DNA of 64,000 nt from an uncultured Verrucomicrobiae bacterium (GTDB lineage Bacteria; Verrucomicrobiota; Verrucomicrobiia; Chthoniobacterales; UBA10450): NCBI GenBank assembly GCA_963801815.1, contig CAWDGJ010000006.1:64001-128000 (forward strand). The letters run 5' to 3'. Numbering within the stretch: the stretch's first letter is position 1; each line of letters begins with the position of its first letter. This document shows, in pieces, positions 60,219-64,000 of the stretch. The notes beneath the pieces were generated by a model, which was given only the letters and a program-made list of their open reading frames with translations, ran no database searches and was not told the origin of the DNA. A program made the position numbers and the translations under genes.

Positions 60219-61208
60219 ATGAGCACTGCTGTCGCAGAAGAGAAAAAGACGAAAGTGAATCAGCTCGAGCAATTGAAGAAGTTCACCAAAGTCGTGGCCG
60301 ATACGGCCGATTTTGAGTCGATCAAGGATTTCAAGCCCCAGGACGCGACCACAAACCCGAGTTTGGTTTACGCCGCCACCCAAAAACAACAATACGGCCA
60401 ACTGATTGATAAGGTTTTGACGGATCGCAAAAGTTCCGGGTTAAACGGGCAGGCCCAGATCGAAGACATTTGCGATCATTTGCTGGTGCAATTCGGCACC
60501 GACATTCTCCAAATCGTGCCGGGACGCGTTTCCACCGAGACGGACGCGCGATTGTCCTACGACGTCGAGGGCTCGATTAAAAAGGCGCGGCAACTGATTA
60601 AGCTTTACGAGGAGAAAAAAATCCCGCGCGACCGAGTGTTGATCAAGATCGCGTCGACGTGGGAAGGACTTCTGGCCGCCGAACAACTGCAAAAGGAAGG
60701 GATTCGTTGCAATCTGACGCTGATGTTTTCATTGCCGCAAGCCGTGCGCGCGGCGGAAGCGAAAGTGCAGCTGATTTCGCCGTTCGTGGGCCGGATCTAC
60801 GACTGGTACAAGGCCCACGAGAAGCGCGATTATAAAGGCCCGGAAGATCCGGGCGTGCAGTCGGTGACGGAGATCTACGCCTACTACAAGAAGTTTGGCA
60901 TCTCGACTGAGGTGATGGGCGCGAGCTTCCGGAATACCGGACAGATTCTCGAGCTGGCGGGTTGTGATTGCCTGACCATCAGCCCGGAATTGATGGAAGA
61001 ACTTTCGAAATCTAACGAGGCGGTGGATCGAAAATTGACGCCGGAGATGGCGAAGTCGGCCAAAATCGACAAGCTGGACCTCGATGAGAAAAAATTCCGG
61101 TGGATGCTGAATGACAACGCGATGGCTTACGAAAAAACGGGCGAGGGGATCCGAAAGTTTGCTGCCGACGTGGTGAAGCTGGAAAAATTCGTGGCCAGCA
61201 AATTGTAA
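60219..61208 (+). CDS. tal: Transaldolase
   Basis: [38 protein letters not shown]. Confidence 0.96.
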   Translation: MSTAVAEEKKTKVNQLEQLKKFTKVVADTADFESIKDFKPQDATTNPSLVYAATQKQQYGQLIDKVLTDRKSSGLNGQAQIEDICDHLLVQFGTDILQIVPGRVSTETDARLSYDVEGSIKKARQLIKLYEEKKIPRDRVLIKIASTWEGLLAAEQLQKEGIRCNLTLMFSLPQAVRAAEAKVQLISPFVGRIYDWYKAHEKRDYKGPEDPGVQSVTEIYAYYKKFGISTEVMGASFRNTGQILELAGCDCLTISPELMEELSKSNEAVDRKLTPEMAKSAKIDKLDLDEKKFRWMLNDNAMAYEKTGEGIRKFAADVVKLEKFVASKL

Positions 61209-61297
61209 GGTGGATCGAGCGCTCCGTCGCTCGATGTTAAAATAATGTCGGCGGAGCCGAGTAGTTATAGCATCGCCCGCGGAGCGGCCGATCCACC
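61209..61297 (+). repeat. Solo copy of the RAYT-flanking palindromic element
   Basis: GGTGGATCGAGCGCTCCG...CGCGGAGCGGCCGATCCACC, matching 49802-49890. Confidence 0.9.
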
Positions 61298-61765
61298 ATG
61301 TTCAATGTTGTTTTAGTCGAGCCGGAGATTCCACCGAACACGGGCAATGTCGGCCGGCTTTGTCTGGCCACAAAATCGACGTTGCACCTGGTTAAGCCGC
61401 TCGGGTTTTCACTGGACGATCGACAACTGAAACGGGCGGGGTTGGATTATTGGGACGATGTCGATCTTAAGGTCTGGGATTCGTTGTCCGCGCTGATGGA
61501 CTCGAATCGCGTGGAAAACCGCCATTTTTTCGTCACCACAAAGACCAAACAGGCCTGCTGGGACGTGAAATTCCAGCCCGGCGATTATCTGGTGTTTGGC
61601 CGGGAAACGAAGGGTTTACCAGAGAGCCTTCTCAAGGAGAACCAGGGTAACTGCATTACGATCCCGATGCATGGAACTCGGAGCTTGAACTTGGCCACGG
61701 CGGTTGCGATTGTTCTTTTTGAAGCAGTTCGCCAGCAACACTCTGGCAAAGACAGTGTTGAATAA
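61298..61765 (+). CDS. trmL: tRNA (cytidine(34)-2'-O)-methyltransferase
   Basis: PEIPPNTGNVGR, RAGLDYW, FGRETKGL, RSLNL. Confidence 0.93.
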   Translation: MFNVVLVEPEIPPNTGNVGRLCLATKSTLHLVKPLGFSLDDRQLKRAGLDYWDDVDLKVWDSLSALMDSNRVENRHFFVTTKTKQACWDVKFQPGDYLVFGRETKGLPESLLKENQGNCITIPMHGTRSLNLATAVAIVLFEAVRQQHSGKDSVE

Positions 61766-61817
61766 GTCAGTATCCTACCATGTCTAATAAACCCAGGAGA
61801 CAATATCTAACCATACT

Positions 61818-62630
61818 ATGAAAACAGTTTTAGTTTTAACATGTTGTGTCGGGCTCGCAGCCTTGGCACTGGCGGATCAAAATCCAAATAAGAAGAAGGG
61901 CGGCGGCAACAACGCGCAGCCCCAACAGCAGCACGTTACGACCCAGCAAACCGGGAAGAAGTTCAAGACCACCACTGGCACAGGCACGCAGAACTTCCAA
62001 CACCCGAACACGGTTGGAGGTTCGACGAAGTTTCACAAAAACGTGACCAATCAGTCGAATGTGACGAGCCCGGCCAGCAAGACCACGTTCAACAAGACGA
62101 AGAACGTCAACGTGAACAAAAACCTCACGGTTAACAAAAACTTCAAGGTTCAGAAGTTCAATCTCGGAAACAATCCGAGTGGCAAGTACCAGGCGGTGAA
62201 GTTCAACCAGCATTACCACATCGCCGGAGCGCAGAACTGGAAAGGCCAGAAGTACGCCGTGTTCGTTAATTATCATCCGATGTGGCAAAATCAGTGGTGG
62301 TGGAGTCACCATTACAACCACATCTCGATTGTGTTTGGTGCGCCCTACTACTGGAACGCCGGCTATTGGTATCCCGCTTGGGGATATGATCCGGGCGCGT
62401 CGTATTATTTTGATGGACCGATCTACGCCTCGAATCCGGACATGGATCCGGGTCAGGTTGTTGCCAACGTGCAATCAGCGCTGCAACAGCAAGGCTACTA
62501 TCAGGGCGATATCGACGGAGTCCTTGGACCGCAAACGCGTGCCGCACTGGCGGAGTATCAATCCGCCCAAGGTATCGAACCGACTGGTGCGATTGATGAG
62601 CCGACCCTGGACACGCTCGGAATGTCGTAG
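61818..62630 (+). CDS. Secreted protein with C-terminal peptidoglycan-binding domain
   Basis: VQSALQQQGYYQGDIDGVLGPQTRAALAEYQ. Confidence 0.85.
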   Translation: MKTVLVLTCCVGLAALALADQNPNKKKGGGNNAQPQQQHVTTQQTGKKFKTTTGTGTQNFQHPNTVGGSTKFHKNVTNQSNVTSPASKTTFNKTKNVNVNKNLTVNKNFKVQKFNLGNNPSGKYQAVKFNQHYHIAGAQNWKGQKYAVFVNYHPMWQNQWWWSHHYNHISIVFGAPYYWNAGYWYPAWGYDPGASYYFDGPIYASNPDMDPGQVVANVQSALQQQGYYQGDIDGVLGPQTRAALAEYQSAQGIEPTGAIDEPTLDTLGMS

Positions 62631-62651
62631 CCAAAGTTTAGTTTGATTGCG

Positions 62652-62686
62652 AAATCGCCGCGGAATTTTCCGCGGCGATTTTTCTT
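62652..62686 (+). terminator. Rho-independent terminator
   Basis: AAATCGCCGCGGAA/TTCCGCGGCGATTT hairpin plus T tract. Confidence 0.6.
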
Positions 62687-62716
62687 GTACTGGAATTTCG
62701 CAAGGATTGGATCTGT

Positions 62717-62802
62717 GGTGAATCGAGCAGTCCCTTGCTCGATGCTATGATGGCGGCGAAGCCGCATTAGGCTAACATCGTCCGCGGAGCGGCCGATCCA
62801 CC
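62717..62802 (+). repeat. Diverged solo copy of the RAYT-flanking element
   Basis: GGTGAATCGAGC...TAACATCGTCCGCGGAGCGGCCGATCCACC. Confidence 0.8.
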
Positions 62803-62955
62803 TTGGACGCGGCGATTTTCTTGGAATCGAATCTGACCACACAGCCCAATTGATCATGCGAATTACTATGTGTGATCCTCGCTTCGGTTGAGAGATTCCT
62901 CGCTTGCGCTCGGAATGACAATGCTCCTTGCGCGATGGCGATCTTGGCGGAGTAA

Positions 62956-63636
62956 TTGTCCGTGCCGCAGCCACCGCAGCTGATCGCCCGTGATTTGTGT
63001 CAATCGTTCAAGATGGGTCCACGCCGGATTGAAGTCTTGCGGGGAATTTCGCTCGATGTCGCACAGGGCGAAATCATTTTCATTTGCGGCGCGTCCGGCG
63101 CCGGAAAGACCACGTTGCTTTACACGCTTGCGGGTTTGGAGCGGCCCGAAACCGGGACGGTTGAATTCGAAGGCCGCAATCTGTACAACGGCAGCTCAGG
63201 GTCGCAGGCGCGGTTTCGAAACAAGAAAATGGGTTTTGTGTTTCAGGGTTACTTCCTGCTGCCGGAATTGACCGCCCTGGAAAATGTCTCGCTGCCGGGA
63301 ATGATTGGCCGGACGTCCGCAACAAAAGCGGCTGAGGAAAGTCTGGCGGCGGTTGGTCTGGCCGACCGAACCCAGCACTTGCCGGCGGAACTTTCCGGGG
63401 GCGAGCAACAACGCGTCGCAATTGCCCGCGCGTTGGTAAACGGGCCCGACATTATTTTTGCCGACGAGCCGACTGGCAATCTCGATTCGGCGACCGGCCA
63501 GGCGATTGTCGACCTTCTGATGAACCTCGCCCGCGAACGTAAAAAGAGCTTGCTGATCGTGACCCATGACACCGGCCTGGCCGCGCGCGGGGACCGCGAA
63601 TTGCACATTAAAGACGGCGTGCTTTTGAAGAGTTAA
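62956..63636 (+). CDS. ABC transporter ATP-binding protein (LolD-like)
   Basis: GASGAGKT, LSGGEQQRVAIARAL, ADEPTGNLD. Confidence 0.9.
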   Translation: MSVPQPPQLIARDLCQSFKMGPRRIEVLRGISLDVAQGEIIFICGASGAGKTTLLYTLAGLERPETGTVEFEGRNLYNGSSGSQARFRNKKMGFVFQGYFLLPELTALENVSLPGMIGRTSATKAAEESLAAVGLADRTQHLPAELSGGEQQRVAIARALVNGPDIIFADEPTGNLDSATGQAIVDLLMNLARERKKSLLIVTHDTGLAARGDRELHIKDGVLLKS

Positions 63637-63750
63637 AAATCGTCACAACGTAAATCTGCAGACGTCATTCTTTGTAACAATTTAACGCCTTCACTTTTTT
63701 AACCTCCTACTTGCATTGCGCGATGAAAGACGGAGATTTTTCCAGCGATT

Positions 63751-64000
63751 ATGAAAACCTCTAATGCTGGCGGGACGGTGATTGACCAACCTAAATCACG
63801 TGAAGCGGTGAAACCCGCGGTCGATAAAGGGACCGTATCGAAACCTGCCGCGAAGCAATCGAAGATTTATATCGACGGGAAGTTCTATTCGGAAGCGGAC
63901 GCGAAGGTTTCCGTTTTCGACCACGGCTTGCTCTATGGAGACGGGATTTTTGAGGGCATTCGGTTTTATAATGGTCGCGTTTTCCGCCTGGAGGAACATC
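63751..64000 (+). CDS. ilvE: Branched-chain amino acid aminotransferase, 5' part only
   Basis: Manual translation: IYIDGK...[23 protein letters not shown]. Confidence 0.9.
   Translation, partial: MKTSNAGGTVIDQPKSREAVKPAVDKGTVSKPAAKQSKIYIDGKFYSEADAKVSVFDHGLLYGDGIFEGIRFYNGRVFRLEEH

Noticed and set aside
175..63999. Many long overlapping antisense or alternate-frame ORFs in the ORF track (e.g. 8850..9596, 15791..16543, 33964..34785, 54159..54749)
   Set aside because: They are shadows of well-supported genes in GC-rich DNA and have no motifs of their own.

Overview
A ~55-60% GC bacterial chromosomal segment. Gene content and style suggest a soil Verrucomicrobiota (Chthoniobacterales-like) genome; this is an inference. 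Most of the window is housekeeping or accessory metabolism: LPS glycosyltransferases, lepA-lepB, hpnD/hpnO-like, ubiD-family, moaA-moaC-mog, dnaX-ybaB, DUF1800/DUF1501, purL/purF/purM, tal, trmL, lolD-like, ilvE and tRNA-Val(TAC). Many conserved genes carry single-base frameshifts that look like long-read assembly errors. Four things stand out. (1) A ~7.4 kb integron-type cassette array at 52.0-59.4 kb, with 8 long attC sites (one composite), one collapsed attC, degenerate border sites and no integrase in the window. It includes a CphA-like subclass B2 metallo-beta-lactamase homologue with rewired metal ligands and an in-frame amber codon. (2) A ~530 nt, densely base-paired intergenic region at 32.5-33.05 kb that looks like a large structured ncRNA. 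(3) A RAYT/Y1 transposase flanked by 92-bp palindromic elements that also occur as solo copies. (4) Several families of tiny palindromic and heptamer repeats, many inserted in-frame into essential proteins (PurL, MoaA, DnaX, UbiD) and into attC loops.
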